Shown one piece after another: positions 10,918-23,200 of a stretch of 64,000 bases of DNA; the stretch's first letter is position 1, and each line of letters opens with the position of its first letter. Position numbers and translations under genes: made by a program. Below the pieces are notes generated by a model. The model did not search any database. It saw nothing but the letters and a program-made list of their open reading frames with translations, and was not told the origin of the DNA. Origin of the DNA: Phaeosaccion multiseriatum (Eukaryota > Protista > Ochrophyta, other classes); the NCBI GenBank assembly GCA_965112735.1, contig OZ218961.1, positions 806,001-870,000 on the forward strand, in the 5' to 3' direction.

Positions 10918-13900
10918 GGAGGACGAGCACCAGCCACTCTCCCCCGGCTACCTCACGCGGCACAGCAGCAGCAGGGTCAGGTGCGTCGAAAGCGGCAGGA
11001 GGCGCTTCATCCCGACCCACGAGTGCTGCCTCGAAGGCCGGGCAGCAGCAGCAGCACCAGGGTGGCAGCAGTGGCACCGGTCGAGGTAGAAGCCACCATA
11101 GCGGTCACGGCAGTCACGCGAATCATGGCCATGGGCATGGACATAAGTCAACGGATGAGAAGGTTCGGCAGTTCAACAAGCGCTTCTATGAGGATTTTCG
11201 CAAGGCCAACCAAGTCCCCGGGGGGACAGCTAGAAGTGGGGTGCCCGGAGAGGGCCCCCAAGCAGGAGCAGCAGGAGCGAGGGCAGGGGCCACCCCCTTT
11301 AATAAGGGCGCGGGTGCTGCTCAGAAGGTGTGTATGCATGTCAGAAGGATATTTGTGCGTATGTGTGTGTGTGTGTGCGGGTGCGTGCGTGTGTGTGCAT
11401 GTGTGCACACGTGTGTTTGCATCCGTGTGTTTTTTCAGTATCACTCTCTCACTCCCTCTCCCTCCCTCCTTCACTCACTCACTCACACTTACAAATCCCA
11501 AACAAAACAACACATCTCAACACTACTCTCACAGGTACCGCCCCGCCCCAAAGTGCGAAGTACCAACCGCACCGAGGCCACTGTGACTCTCGAGTGGAGC
11601 TGCGGTGCCCTGCCCCTCACCACTGCCTACGAACTCCAGTGGAGGAAGCGCGGTCGCACCGCCAGCGATTGGACCACCTCCCCAACTCTCATTGTTGGCT
11701 CCTCCTGTCGAAAGAAAAACCTCGAAGCCTGCACTTGTTTCGAGTTTAGGGTACGAGCTGCCAGCGCGTGGGGGTGGTCTCAATATAGTGAGCCAGTGAT
11801 GGTGGTTACGCTACCCGCGGCGGAGCAGGGGGCGAATGTGAATTCGAGTCGGAGAGGCAGCGTCAATGTCAGCAGCTATCAGACCGAGGGCATTGGTGGG
11901 GCTGCGGCGGGAGGAGGTACGTGTGGGGAGCAGGGGTGCGACGTATCGAAGCAAAGGAGGGGGGGAGGAGGGGAAGAGAGAGGGGAAGGGAGAGAGGGGA
12001 AGGGAGAGGGGGGAGGGTTGGTTGGTTTGAGTGATTGATTGATTGATTGATTGTTGTTGGCCATGCCCTCTGTTGCTGATGCGCTGCCCAGCTGCCTTGC
12101 ATCCACCTCACCTCACCTCACCTCACCTCACCTCACCTCACGTGACGTCACCCCCGTCATCTTCTGGTGTCATCTCCTAAAGTATCCCGTCATACCTACC
12201 GTGTTGTTGCGGTTCTCATGTCTCTCTCCATGCACTATCTCCTTCCGTCTGTCGGCTTACTTGCAAATGTCATGCCTACTTCCTTTGCTTTACCATGTTG
12301 ACGCATGCGATGCTTTGACCACTTCCACAGAGCCCCGGAGAGGCCGAGAGGGTAGGCGGGGCTCGCAATCCGCTTCCGCTCGAGGCACACCGGGCAGCCC
12401 AGGTAGGTTATCCTCACCACCACAGATACACCCACAGAGCCAAAGCGGAGACGCAGATGAAACGTAACGGCCGTCGAAACCAACTAACTCCTCCTCCTCC
12501 TCCTCCTCCTCCTCCTCCTCCTCCTCCTCCTCCTCCTCCTCCTCCTCCTCCTCCTCCTCCTCCTCCTCCTCCTCCTCCTCCTCCTCCTCCTCCTCCTCCT
12601 CCTCCTCCTCCTCCTCCTCCTCCTCCTCCTCCTCCGCGCACACACACACACATGTACGTACCGCACGCACACGCACACACACGCACGCCCGCCCTCACAC
12701 ACACGCACATACACACATGCACACACAAACACCATACAGACAACAAAGACAACAAAGGAGGAGCTTCCACGGAAGGGGAGGCCGAGCGAGAGCAGCGGGA
12801 CGCCGAGCGAGCGGCCCGAGAGGCAGCGGCACATGTCAAAAAGACCAACTCTTGGTACTGGAGGAGAATGAGCCACGCGGCTGCCCAGGGCGACCGACCC
12901 GGCAAGGGAGGAGCAGCAGGAGGAGGAGGTGGAAGGCGAGGATCTACTTCAGGGGATGGCAGTGGAAAGCCAGTGCGGAGAAACACCGTCGCTGCACAGA
13001 AGCACGAGGCAAAGGACGCGTGGACTTGCAAGGTGGGTAAGGTTAATCACGCAGGGGATGTGCTGTAACGGTTGTAACGGTTGGTTGGGGGCCACTGGGA
13101 CACGAGGTAGGTACAGCCCACTCCCCATCTGCTGATTGTACCACCAACCGGGCTGGGTTGCGTGAGTGCTGGCTCTACGTCTCATCGGTTTCTTTAGTTT
13201 GGGGGAGCTACTGCTCTTCTGTTCCGCCGCTCACCTGTCTCCCTCCCTCCCTCCCTCCCTCCCTCCCTCCTTCCGTCCCTCTCTCCCTCCCTCTCTCCCT
13301 CCCTCCCTCCCTCCCTCTCTCCCTCCCTCCCCCCCTCCCTCTCTCCCTCCCTCCCTCCCTCCCTCCCTCCCTCCCTCCCTCCCTCCCTCCCTCCCTCCCT
13401 CCCTCCCTCCCTCCCTCCCTCCCTCCCTCCCTCCCTCCCTCCCTCCCTCCCTCCCTCCCTCCCTCCCTCCCTCCCTCCCCTGCATCCCTTCCCAGGTGTG
13501 CAAGCGAATGAACGAGGGCGGCACTACGAGCTGTTGGGTGTGTTACACAGCCCATGACTACGAAGCCACGAACCTCGAGAAGATCAATCTCGCCTCCGAC
13601 AAAGCCGCCCAAGATGCAGCAGCAGCAGCGGCGGCAGCAGCAGCAGCCGCCGCCCCCGCAGCAGGTGGTGATACAGGAGCAGCAGGGGGAGATGCCGCCG
13701 CCACAGCTACCGCAACGGCAGCGGCAGCAGCAGCGGCAGCAGCAGCAGCAGGAGGAGGAGGAGGAGAAGGCACAGGGGCGGGGGGAGGTAGAGCAGGGGG
13801 GCGGAGAGCCAGTAATGCTTACAGAGCATCCGTGTCTCGACAGTTCCCGGAGATTTTCAAGGACAAGGCAAAGGCTGCGAGGAGAGGGTCAACGAATGCC

Positions 13901-15673
13901 GCCGCCGCCGCTGCAGCAGCAGCCGCCGCAGCAGTTCGTGATACAGCAGCAGCAGCAGCAGCAGCAGGAGGAGGAGGAGGAGGAGGAGGAGCAGCCGGAG
14001 GAGGAGCAGCAGGAGGAGGAGCAGCAGGAGGAGGAGGTGGAGGAGGAGATGATGATGGAATCCGAGTGTCAACAAAGGTCCCCTCGATTCGAATCTACGG
14101 GGTGCCCGACGGTACACCAGGAGGAGGAGGAGGAGGAGGAGGAGGAGGAGGAGGAGGAGGAGGAGGAGGAGGAGGAGAAGGAGGAGGGTGCAGCGCGAGA
14201 CAGCCACACACAGTGTATGACGATGGTATTCGAGTCAGTAGCGAGACAGCAGTTGGTGGTGACACCACTGACACATCAGCAGGAGGAGGAGGGGACAAAG
14301 GCAAGGTGTGGGAGTTTACAGAGGACGATGTTGATGTACTGTCCGACGGCGGGAGCGACTCCGACGACGACCGACCCGACGATTGGTCATACGCCAGCGA
14401 GGCGCCACCAAAAGCAAGACGCGGTAGTCTGGCAGGAGAAGGAGGAGGCAGTGGGAAAGTCAAGAAGGGGAGGCGAGGGTCGCGTGCATCAATTACTCCC
14501 AACGACGACAGTGATGATGATGATGATGGTGATGATGACGACAGTGCGAGCATCGCGAGTGCTCCCGAGGTTGGCAGCAGCAAAAAGGCATCGGTCGTGC
14601 CCAAGACCCGTCTCAACGAGAGCGTAACAAAGCTGCACAATGTCAGAGCGGAGCCCCTCTTGGTAGGCGCACCCGTGGTGGGCTACCTGGTCGCAGGTAA
14701 GGCCATTGACTTACTAGGAGAGGTGGGGGATTGGTACAAGGTGAGGTGGCATAAGAGTGCCAGGCCCGAAGCAGCAGCAGCAGCAGCAGCAGCAGGAGGA
14801 GGAGGAGGAGGAGGAGGAGGAGGAGGAGGAGGAGGAGGAGGAGGAGGAGGAGGAGGAGGAGGAGGAGGAGGAGGAGGAGGAGGAGGAGGAGGAGGAGGAG
14901 GAGGAGGAGGAGGAGGAGGAGGAGGAGGAGGAGGAGGAGGTGATGGTGAAGCTACTGCTGCGGCGGCTGTGGCGGTGGAAGCAGGGACCGGGTGGTGTTT
15001 GGCGCGAGATGAGAAGCACACCTATGTCATCAAAGAAGATGCGGCAAAGTCAACGTCTACCTCCGGGCGGCGGCGGAGGTCCAGCAAGGGAGCTAAGGGA
15101 GGAGGGGGCAAGACAGGCAGGGGGTCGCAATTACATACCTGCGGTGGAGGTCCAAGTAAGAAGGATACGGCCAAGAAGGGGAAGAAGGGGCAGAAGGAGG
15201 GTGAGGAAGGTGAGGGAGAGGAGGAGGAGGGCAGCGACCCTCTACGTATCTTCGAAGACTCGAGCGACAATGATGATGGAGAGGCAGAGGACGAGTGCTG
15301 GTACGAGCTTCACGACGAGGATGGGTCTACATACTACTTCCACTCCGCCAGTGGGATAAGTCAGTGGGAGCCGCCGGAGTGGGTGGAGGAGGTGGATCCT
15401 GAGAGCGGGGCACTGTACTATGTCAACAGCCACACCCACGACCCGCAGTGGGAGAAGCCGGATGGCTTTGTGCCAATTGTGAGAGACAACCCGTACTACA
15501 CCACGCCCCAGGCGGAGTTTATGAAGACGATGCTCAGTCCGAAGCGATCCCACTGCGCCAAGAGCTTCCGCCAAGCGATGGAGGAGATGGAGAGAGAGGA
15601 GGAGGAGAGTCGACAGAAAGCTGCGACGGCGGGGGCGGCAGCAGAGGCGGCCTCGGCCAGCGCTGGAGCGTAA
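10086..15673 (+). CDS. Multidomain J-protein: DnaJ - FN3 - RanBP2-type zinc finger - SH3b-like - WW - WW
   Basis: Exons 10086-10217, 10581-11327, 11535-11916, probably 12332-12403, 12740-13032, 13496-15673; phases are compatible. J domain: AYRKLALKYHPDKN. FN3: TVTLEW..YELQWR..FEFRVRAASAWGWSQYSEP. Zinc finger spliced together as WTCK|VCKRMNEGGTTSCWVC. SH3b: HNVRAEP..VVGYL..G..IDLLGEVGDWYKVRW..GW. WW domains: WYELHDEDGSTYYF..QWEPP and WVEEVDPESGALYYVN..QWEKP. Confidence 0.8.
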
Positions 15674-15828
15674 TGTTAGTGCCAACTTCAGTTCATTGAG
15701 TTTATTGACCTCGATTAATACTACACACACAAGCCCTGTTGTTCGAAGTACTGTGCTTGCTCCTCCTTTGTACTGGTCTCTGGACCCACACGCATTCACT
15801 CTCGTCCCAGTCACATCTAATCCAGCTC

Positions 15829-15874
<46 letters not shown>

Positions 15875-16575
15875 GGGAGGCAAGCCAAGCCACTCCAGCA
15901 GCTGCCCCGAAGCGCCCCACTCCCTCCGACGGGACCAGCGCAGGTCCAGCCACCCGACGGGCATTTGTTGTGAAGATCAGACATCAGATTGGGTATCGCC
16001 AGACCCCCCAATCGTCATCACATCCCAACCAGCATTTCCCCCGCTAAAGTCTTTCACACGCGTTTCTCCCCCGCCTCGCCGACGATTCGCACTCCACCGG
16101 GGGTAAAGATTAGGCGGGCCTGTGCCGGTCGTTCATCGCTGCATGCACAAGACAGCACGCCAACTCATCCCAGTGGCAGCCAGACTACGTGGTGGAGGGG
16201 CTCGCACATGCACTACATGCACTACATGCGTTACATACGTTTCATGCGTTACGTCATCAATCCCCGAAACTCCCTGGACTGACTGTGATGAGCTGGTATA
16301 GCTATGCCCCGTAGCCGAGAGTACACGCTCTTCTGAGGGCCACTCACCACGTTCTTCAGAAGACTCGTCTCAGTCGGCCGGATTAGTGGTATATCAAAGC
16401 AGTAGCTCCGCCACTCTCTGTATACCGCCGATATTAAGAGACTCCAATTGGAATACCTCCCCTCCCTCTTCCGTCGCCACCTCCACAGCTGCTACCGCTC
16501 CTCCTCCATTTCACCATCTTCCTCCTCGGCGACGCCCCTTCGCTCATCGGCAAGCAGCGTCGTCCACGAAGGGAG
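15596..16575 (+). repeat. Dispersed repeat, copy 1 (inverted homologue at 30330-30820)
   Basis: Blocks such as CGGAGGGAGGCAAGCCAAGCCACTCCAGCAGCTG..CCCTCCGACGGGACCAGCGCAGGTCCAGC and CATCTTCCTCCTCGGCGACG..TCGCTCATCGGCAAGCAGC recur reverse-complemented at 30445-30775. Confidence 0.9.
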
Positions 16576-16688
16576 AGCGAGGGCGTATTTAATAGGAGGC
16601 ACCTAAGAAACTGAAAGTGCGTGTGTGTGCGCGTGAAGGGAGAGAAAAAGAGACAAGCAGGTGCACGTGTTGTACTACTCAAACACAG

Positions 16689-19055
16689 ATGGCGTTCCAA
16701 TCATCTATCTTTACAGTGATGTCGTTGAGGAGAGTGGCGAGAACCTGCTACTCCTCCTGCATCGGTAGGAGAACAGGACTTGGAGCAGAACGGCGCGCCG
16801 ACTCCACTCTCCACCAGCAGAAGCCGCTGCAGCAGCAATGGTCCAGCTTCTCCACTAAAGGGGGTGACAAGTCGAGGCAGAGGCGGATCCTGAAGGAGAT
16901 CCAAGCTCTGGGCAGGAGCAAGGATTGGAAGAGGGTTGCACCTACTCTGGAGAGCGCACGGCGCGAGGGCCTGACGCCCAATCTGTTTTGTATGAATGCT
17001 GCTATTTCCGCACTTGGGAAGTGCGGGCGGTGGAAGGGCGCACTGGCCCTTCTGGCAGAGATGAAGAAGGGAGGAATCGCACCTGACGAAATCAGCTACA
17101 ACGCCACCATCAACGCATGCGCCAAGGCCAAGCAACAGCTGGAGGCATTGAGGTTGTTGAGGGAGATGAAGGCAGGAGGAGTCGCCCCTGACGTAGTCAG
17201 TTACAACAGCACCATTGATTCATGCGCCAAGGCCAACCAACACGTGGAGGCATTGAGGCTATTGCGGGAGATGAAGGCAGAAGGAATCCATCCCAATGTA
17301 ATGAGCTACAACGCCACGATTAATGCATGCGCCAAGGCCAAGCAACACGTGGAGGCACTGAGGTTGTTGAGGGAGATGAAGACAGAAGGATTCCGTCCCA
17401 ATGTAAGGAGCTACACGACCACCATTGACGCATGCGCCAAGGCCAAGCAACACGTGGAGGCATTGAGGCTATTGAGGGAGATGAAGAAGGAAGGAATCCA
17501 TCCCGATGTACGATCCTACAACGCCACCATTGACGCATGCTCCAAGGCCAACGAACACGTGGAGGCATTGAGGCTACTGAGGGAGATGAAGAAGGAAGGA
17601 ATCCATCCCGATGTACGATCCTACACCAGCACCATTGACGCATGCGCCAAGGCCAACAAACACGTGGAGGCATTGAGGCTATTGAGGGAGATGAAGGAGG
17701 AAGGAATCCATCCCAATGTAAGGAGCTACAACGCCACCATCAGCGCATGCGCCAAGGCCAAGCAACACTTGGAGGCATTAAGGTTGTTGAGGGAGATGAA
17801 GAAGGGAGGAATCGCACCTGACGTAATCAGCTACAACGCCACCATCAACGCATGCGCCAAGGCCAAGCAACAGGTGGAGGCATTGAGGCTATTGAGGGAG
17901 ATGAAGGCAGAAGGAATCCATCCCAATGTAAGGAGCTACACGACCACCATTGACGCATGCGCCAAGGCCGACCAACACTTGGAGGCATTGAGGTTGTTGA
18001 GGGAGATGAAGGAGGAAGGAATCGCTCCTGACGTAATCAGCTACAACTCCGCCATTGACGCATGCACCAAGGCCAAGCAACACGTGGAGGCACTGGGGTT
18101 ATTGAGGGAGATGAAGTCACAAGGAGTCACTCCTGATGTAATCAGCTACAACGCGACCATTGACGCATGCGCCAAGGCCGACCAACACGTGGAGGCATTG
18201 AGGCTATTGAGGGAGATGAAGGAGGAAGGAATCCATCCCAATGTAAGGAGCTACAACGCCACCATCAGCGCATGCGCCAAGGCCAAGCAACATGTGGAGG
18301 CATTGAGGCTGTTCAATGAGATGAAGGAGGAAGGAATCGCTCCTGACGTAATCAGCTACAACACCACCATTGACGCATGCGCCAAGGCCAAGCATCATGT
18401 GGAGGCACTGGGGCTATTGCAGGAGATGAAGGCAGAAGGAATCCATCCCGATGTATGGAGCTACACGACCACCATTGACGCATGCGCCAAGGCCAAGCAA
18501 CACTTGGAGGCATTAAGGTTGTTGAGGGAGATGAAGGAGGAAGGAATTGCTCCTGACGTAATCAGCTACAACTCCGCCATTGACGCATGCGCCAAGGCCA
18601 AGCAACACGTGGAGGCACTGGGGTTATTGAGGGGGATGAAGTCACAAGGAGTCACTCCTGACGTAATCAGCTACAACGCGACCATTGACGCGTGCGCCAA
18701 GGCCGACCAACACGTGGAGGCACTGAGGTTGTTGACGGAGATGAAGGAGGAAGGAATCGCTCCTAACGAAAGTACCTACAACGCCACCATTGGTGCCTTG
18801 GAGGAGGGTGGACAAGAGGACGCTGCTGACGAGCTGTACGTAGAGGCCGTGTCGGCAGGGATTTATCCACACTGGTCGGAGCCTGGGAGGTACGGGGGCT
18901 TGCGCGCTTGCACCAGGGTGGGAACAAGCAAGGCAGCGCTTCGGTGCGTGCCCTCAGAGGTGAAGGCGGGGGCTGGGATCGAAGTTGTCACAGGGCTAGG
19001 TCGAGGCAGTGAGGACGGCATCAGCGTTCTCAAGCCCGTGGTGTTGAGTGAGTGA
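16689..19055 (+). CDS. Pentatricopeptide-repeat (P-class PPR) protein, 18 repeats, organelle-type presequence, degenerate or truncated Smr-like C-terminus
   Basis: 35-aa units VxSY(N/T)xxIxACAKAxQHxEALRLLREMKxEGIxP(D/N), 105 bp each, at 16983-18872. The N-terminus is R/S-rich and poor in acidic residues. The tail SKAALRC..IEVVTGLGRGS..VLKPVV resembles the Smr domain of PPR-SMR proteins. No intron seen. Confidence 0.92.
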   Translation: MAFQSSIFTVMSLRRVARTCYSSCIGRRTGLGAERRADSTLHQQKPLQQQWSSFSTKGGDKSRQRRILKEIQALGRSKDWKRVAPTLESARREGLTPNLFCMNAAISALGKCGRWKGALALLAEMKKGGIAPDEISYNATINACAKAKQQLEALRLLREMKAGGVAPDVVSYNSTIDSCAKANQHVEALRLLREMKAEGIHPNVMSYNATINACAKAKQHVEALRLLREMKTEGFRPNVRSYTTTIDACAKAKQHVEALRLLREMKKEGIHPDVRSYNATIDACSKANEHVEALRLLREMKKEGIHPDVRSYTSTIDACAKANKHVEALRLLREMKEEGIHPNVRSYNATISACAKAKQHLEALRLLREMKKGGIAPDVISYNATINACAKAKQQVEALRLLREMKAEGIHPNVRSYTTTIDACAKADQHLEALRLLREMKEEGIAPDVISYNSAIDACTKAKQHVEALGLLREMKSQGVTPDVISYNATIDACAKADQHVEALRLLREMKEEGIHPNVRSYNATISACAKAKQHVEALRLFNEMKEEGIAPDVISYNTTIDACAKAKHHVEALGLLQEMKAEGIHPDVWSYTTTIDACAKAKQHLEALRLLREMKEEGIAPDVISYNSAIDACAKAKQHVEALGLLRGMKSQGVTPDVISYNATIDACAKADQHVEALRLLTEMKEEGIAPNESTYNATIGALEEGGQEDAADELYVEAVSAGIYPHWSEPGRYGGLRACTRVGTSKAALRCVPSEVKAGAGIEVVTGLGRGSEDGISVLKPVVLSE

Positions 19056-20209
19056 GTCAGTGAATGAATGAGTGAGGAAGGGAGGAAATGAGGGCGTGTT
19101 TTTTTTTTTATATGAGACTGTAAATAGTAAATAGCCTTATCACACTCGATAAAATAAATTATGTATTTTATTTCAAATATAATATAATATATATATATAT
19201 TTATATAATATATATACATATATATATATACCTCTCTCGTCACGTTCGCCGACGGCATTTCCAGTCGTCACCACGGGAGATTCCTATGAGAGATAGAGCT
19301 AGAGAGAGTGAGAGAGTAGAACTCCTCTACAGAGAGAAGAGTAGAGCTAGGACTCCTCCATAGAGCTGGTACTCCTCTCTCTCACTGTAAGCCTGGGCCT
19401 TGGCTGCCGTGCGTCAGAAACGAGGCCATAAAAAATGGGGTTATAGCAGATTTGCGACACCGCGTACCATACGCTAGTGGTAGCGTTACAAATGGGGCTG
19501 AAAGTCAGAGATAGAGGAGACTCTGATCTACCTCCCACTGCCATCTCACGTGCCATCGACGTAAAATGCGCGAGAGGCAGCGTCCAGACGATATGAAACC
19601 CCATAAATGGTCGAAAAGGCGTAATAATAAATGCGATTTTTACAGCCTTTATCATAAATTTATGAAAAGAGACGTTCTGCCCACAAAAGAAAGGCTTGGC
19701 TTCAGGGGGTAGGGTTTTGACTCCCTCCTGACTTTCTATTCTTGGTCTGAATAATATATGTAGTATATCCTTTTAGCCCCCCTTGATTGTAAAAAAAACA
19801 GCGCAGAATGTGTAAATAAACAAATCAAAAGTAAAAAGAATACGTAACCCTACGTACTATGTTTATTTCTTCCTTCTTGCTTCTCTTCCTCCTTTGCAGT
19901 GTCTTTGCTTTCAGGACTTTCATCTACTCCCAGCTGCTGTCCCGGCTATCGATAAAGTTTGTGGTCTTTCCCCCCAGCAAATTAGCTCAAGCTCCTCTCG
20001 TACACGACAGATATGAAAAACCCAAAGGCTTGAAAAAGGACGCGAGGGGGAGGGGGGGGAGGAAAGGGAGGAGCAGAGAGAAGCAGCAGCCTGTGGTAAT
20101 AAATGAAGCGAACGATGAGGGGTCTCCGGTGATTTGGTCTGCGTTGCAAGGAGTTCGTGCGTGCCGACCGAGGGAGAGATCCCTCGCCGAGGCAGGGCGG
20201 GCGTGAGGG

Positions 20210-23200
20210 ATGGCAGTTGCTTCTCGGAGTCGGCATAAGCAAGAACAAAAGATACAGGAGGACAGTCAGCAGCAGGAGACGCTGGCGGGGGAGAAGGAAG
20301 ATGCCAGGGTCACTGACGCGGCTCCAGCAGGAGCAGCATCAGGAGCGGGAGCAGTATTGGCACCAGCACCGGCACCAGCAGCAGCAGCTGCAGGGGAACT
20401 GGTAGGGGATGCAGAGACGAGGACAGAGCGTGCGCCATTAGTGGAGCCTGCGGAAAAGTACTTGGGGTTCAATCTCCAAGAACTAGTCGACGATGGTAAG
20501 CAAGAGTAAGCAAGACGATGGACTTTTTCGATGCCCTGCTCCCTTCCTCTCTAACCTACCCTCACCACCTATCAACGCCCACGCCCCGGTACGTCATCAC
20601 TAATATCACTATCCTCTTCGTGTCTCTCCCCTTGCGAGACTCCCTGTGTTGTCGAGCTTCACTCTCCAATTGTGTGCTCCTTCCCCCCCTCAGACGCCTC
20701 CCTATTGTCGTCCCCCCCCCCCCGTCTGCGAACCCTCTCCTCTCCCCCACCTTACGATTTCCGTGCGTGCATTCATTCCCACCTCTCCCTTCCTCCCTCT
20801 CCTCCCGCCCACGCCTCCGTCCCTCGACCTCTCACAGAGATGAACTTCATTGAGGACTACACATCTGATGGCATCGTGGCGCTGGAGGAGGCCTTTCAAG
20901 ATGTCATTAAGGTACTTTACATGTATAAGCCGTGTTTTGTGTGTGAGTGTTCCCCCCACTCAGGCACTACACACACCCACCCACCCCCCCACACACACAC
21001 ATTTATGCACACACATTTATGAACACACGCACACAATCACGCAGACACACATATACACACACGTACACTTACATGCACATACACACATGCCTAGGGAGAA
21101 TACATGCAAGCCCCTGCAACACCGAATGAAACAGTCACGCCCTATCCCCCCCGAAGCGTTACAGTTTGGCATTGGCGACTCTTTCCTTTTTTGAGAGTTG
21201 ACACACTACCCCAACTGCCCCCCCCCCCCTACCTGCTTTGTTACAGGAGAAGGAGTTGCGATGGGATGAAGAGTCCAAGAGAAGACTACGGAAGGTGCGT
21301 GCGTTGGTCTGTGGCGCTTGCTCTGTCTCTTCTCTCTCTCTCTCTATAATTATATATATACATATATATATAATGTATATATATATTACATATATAATGT
21401 TTGGATCTGTCCACCCCCTCTCTCTTTTCCATTCTTCTCCTTCCCCTCTCCCGCTCTCCTCTGTCGGCCTCCCTCTCCCTGTACGGTAGAGTTGAGTATG
21501 TTTGTAGTAGCATGAGCGAGCGGGCGAGTGAAGAATGAGTCAATGGCTGAATACACCGTCCAAACATGCTTCTGCTGACCACCCGACAACTCCTCCCATG
21601 CTCTGCATTGTAACTCTGCTGTGAATGTATCTGCTTGACCATGTTGGGCCTCCACGTCCCCCCCTCCCCCGCCCCCCCCCCCCCAACAGACCAGCGACGC
21701 TTTGTCCAATGCCATCACACTGCGCTTCAAACAGGATATGGACGTGTATGAGGCGTATCTCAAAAAGCACCTCTTCGGATTTCCTCCCGATCTGGTGAGT
21801 GAGTGAGTAAATGAGTGAGTGAGTGAGGTGGTGGGTGAGTGAGTGAGTGAGTGAGTGAGTGAGGGGGTGGGGGAGTGGGTGACAGAGGGAGGGAATGAAT
21901 GAGTAAGTGAGTCAGTGAGGAAGTGGGTGAAGTGGGTGAGGGAGTGAGGGAGCGGAGGTCACACACGTCACATGAAAACGACGAGACGACTGTTTGTTCA
22001 TTCCCCCCTCACCTCCCCATGTCGATAGGATTGACCTTGCTCGAGCCCATTAAACTGGAACTGGAACTGAGAACCTGCCCCTCCCCCTCCTTTGCTGCGA
22101 CCCGTCTCTCTCGCTACTATGTCCACCTCTCCTCCACCACATTGATTGTGGCGCAGCTGGAGGCAGCAAAGCGAGGGGAAGGCACAAAATGGGCAGCGGC
22201 GAAGAAAGCGGCGGAGGAGGAGAATGAGACCCGTCGGCGAAACGAAGCAGCACAGGGCTTACTCACTGGCGCCGCGCAGCAGGCCGCTGCTGCCGAGTCA
22301 GAAGCACCCAAGCTGGAGGACCTGACGACCTTGCCGCAGCTGATGCAGCTGCTGAGGGCCTCGAGCAATGAAATTGATCTGGAGGCGAGAGAGGCGGAAT
22401 TGGATGAGGAGCTCAGAGTGGAGAGAGAGAAGCTGCGCAGGGCTACACAGGAGAACAAGTGCGTAGTATTGGGTATTGGGGGTTGGAGGATTGGGTGTTG
22501 GTTGGAGGCACACACACACACATGCATAGGCATACTCGGTGCTACACACACTTTTGCTTCTCACTCACTGGCTCAGTGCCCCCTCCCCCCCCCCGTCCCC
22601 CACACACTGTTGCTCACTCACTTACTCCCTGACAGCTCCCACACACACACATACTCGGTACTACACACACTGTTGCTCACTCACTTACTCACTGAACACT
22701 CTCTCACACACACACTCTCTCCCCGCCCACTCTCTCCTCTCTCCCTCTACCTCTCTCTCTCTCCCTCCCTCTCTCTCTCTCTCACTCCCTCCCTCCCTCC
22801 CTCCCTCCCTCTCTCCCTGTGCCTCTCTTGTCTCACTCCCATCTCTCTCTCTAGGCGTTTGGAGCAAGAAGAGCAGACTTGGGCGAGTAACGCTGCTCAG
22901 ACGAAAGAATGTGCCAAGGGCGTCGCAGAGGTATTGCAGTCGTCAGGCACACTCAGCCGATCTCCAGGCGCGATGAAGGAACTGAAGGCTATGCTAAAGC
23001 TGCTCAGCAGTGTCGAAGAGAGAGCCAAACGCGTGGAGGGGCTAGGGGAGGCTGCCAACAAACTGCTCCCCAGCCTGAGGGGAGGTGGGGAGGAGGAAGA
23101 GGACGATGGAGCGGTGGATGGTGATGAAGAAGGCGTGGGGGGCGGGGTGGGGGGTGTGGCGGGCGGAGGAGGGCGCTTGGGAGGAAGGCCTGGGGGCGGG

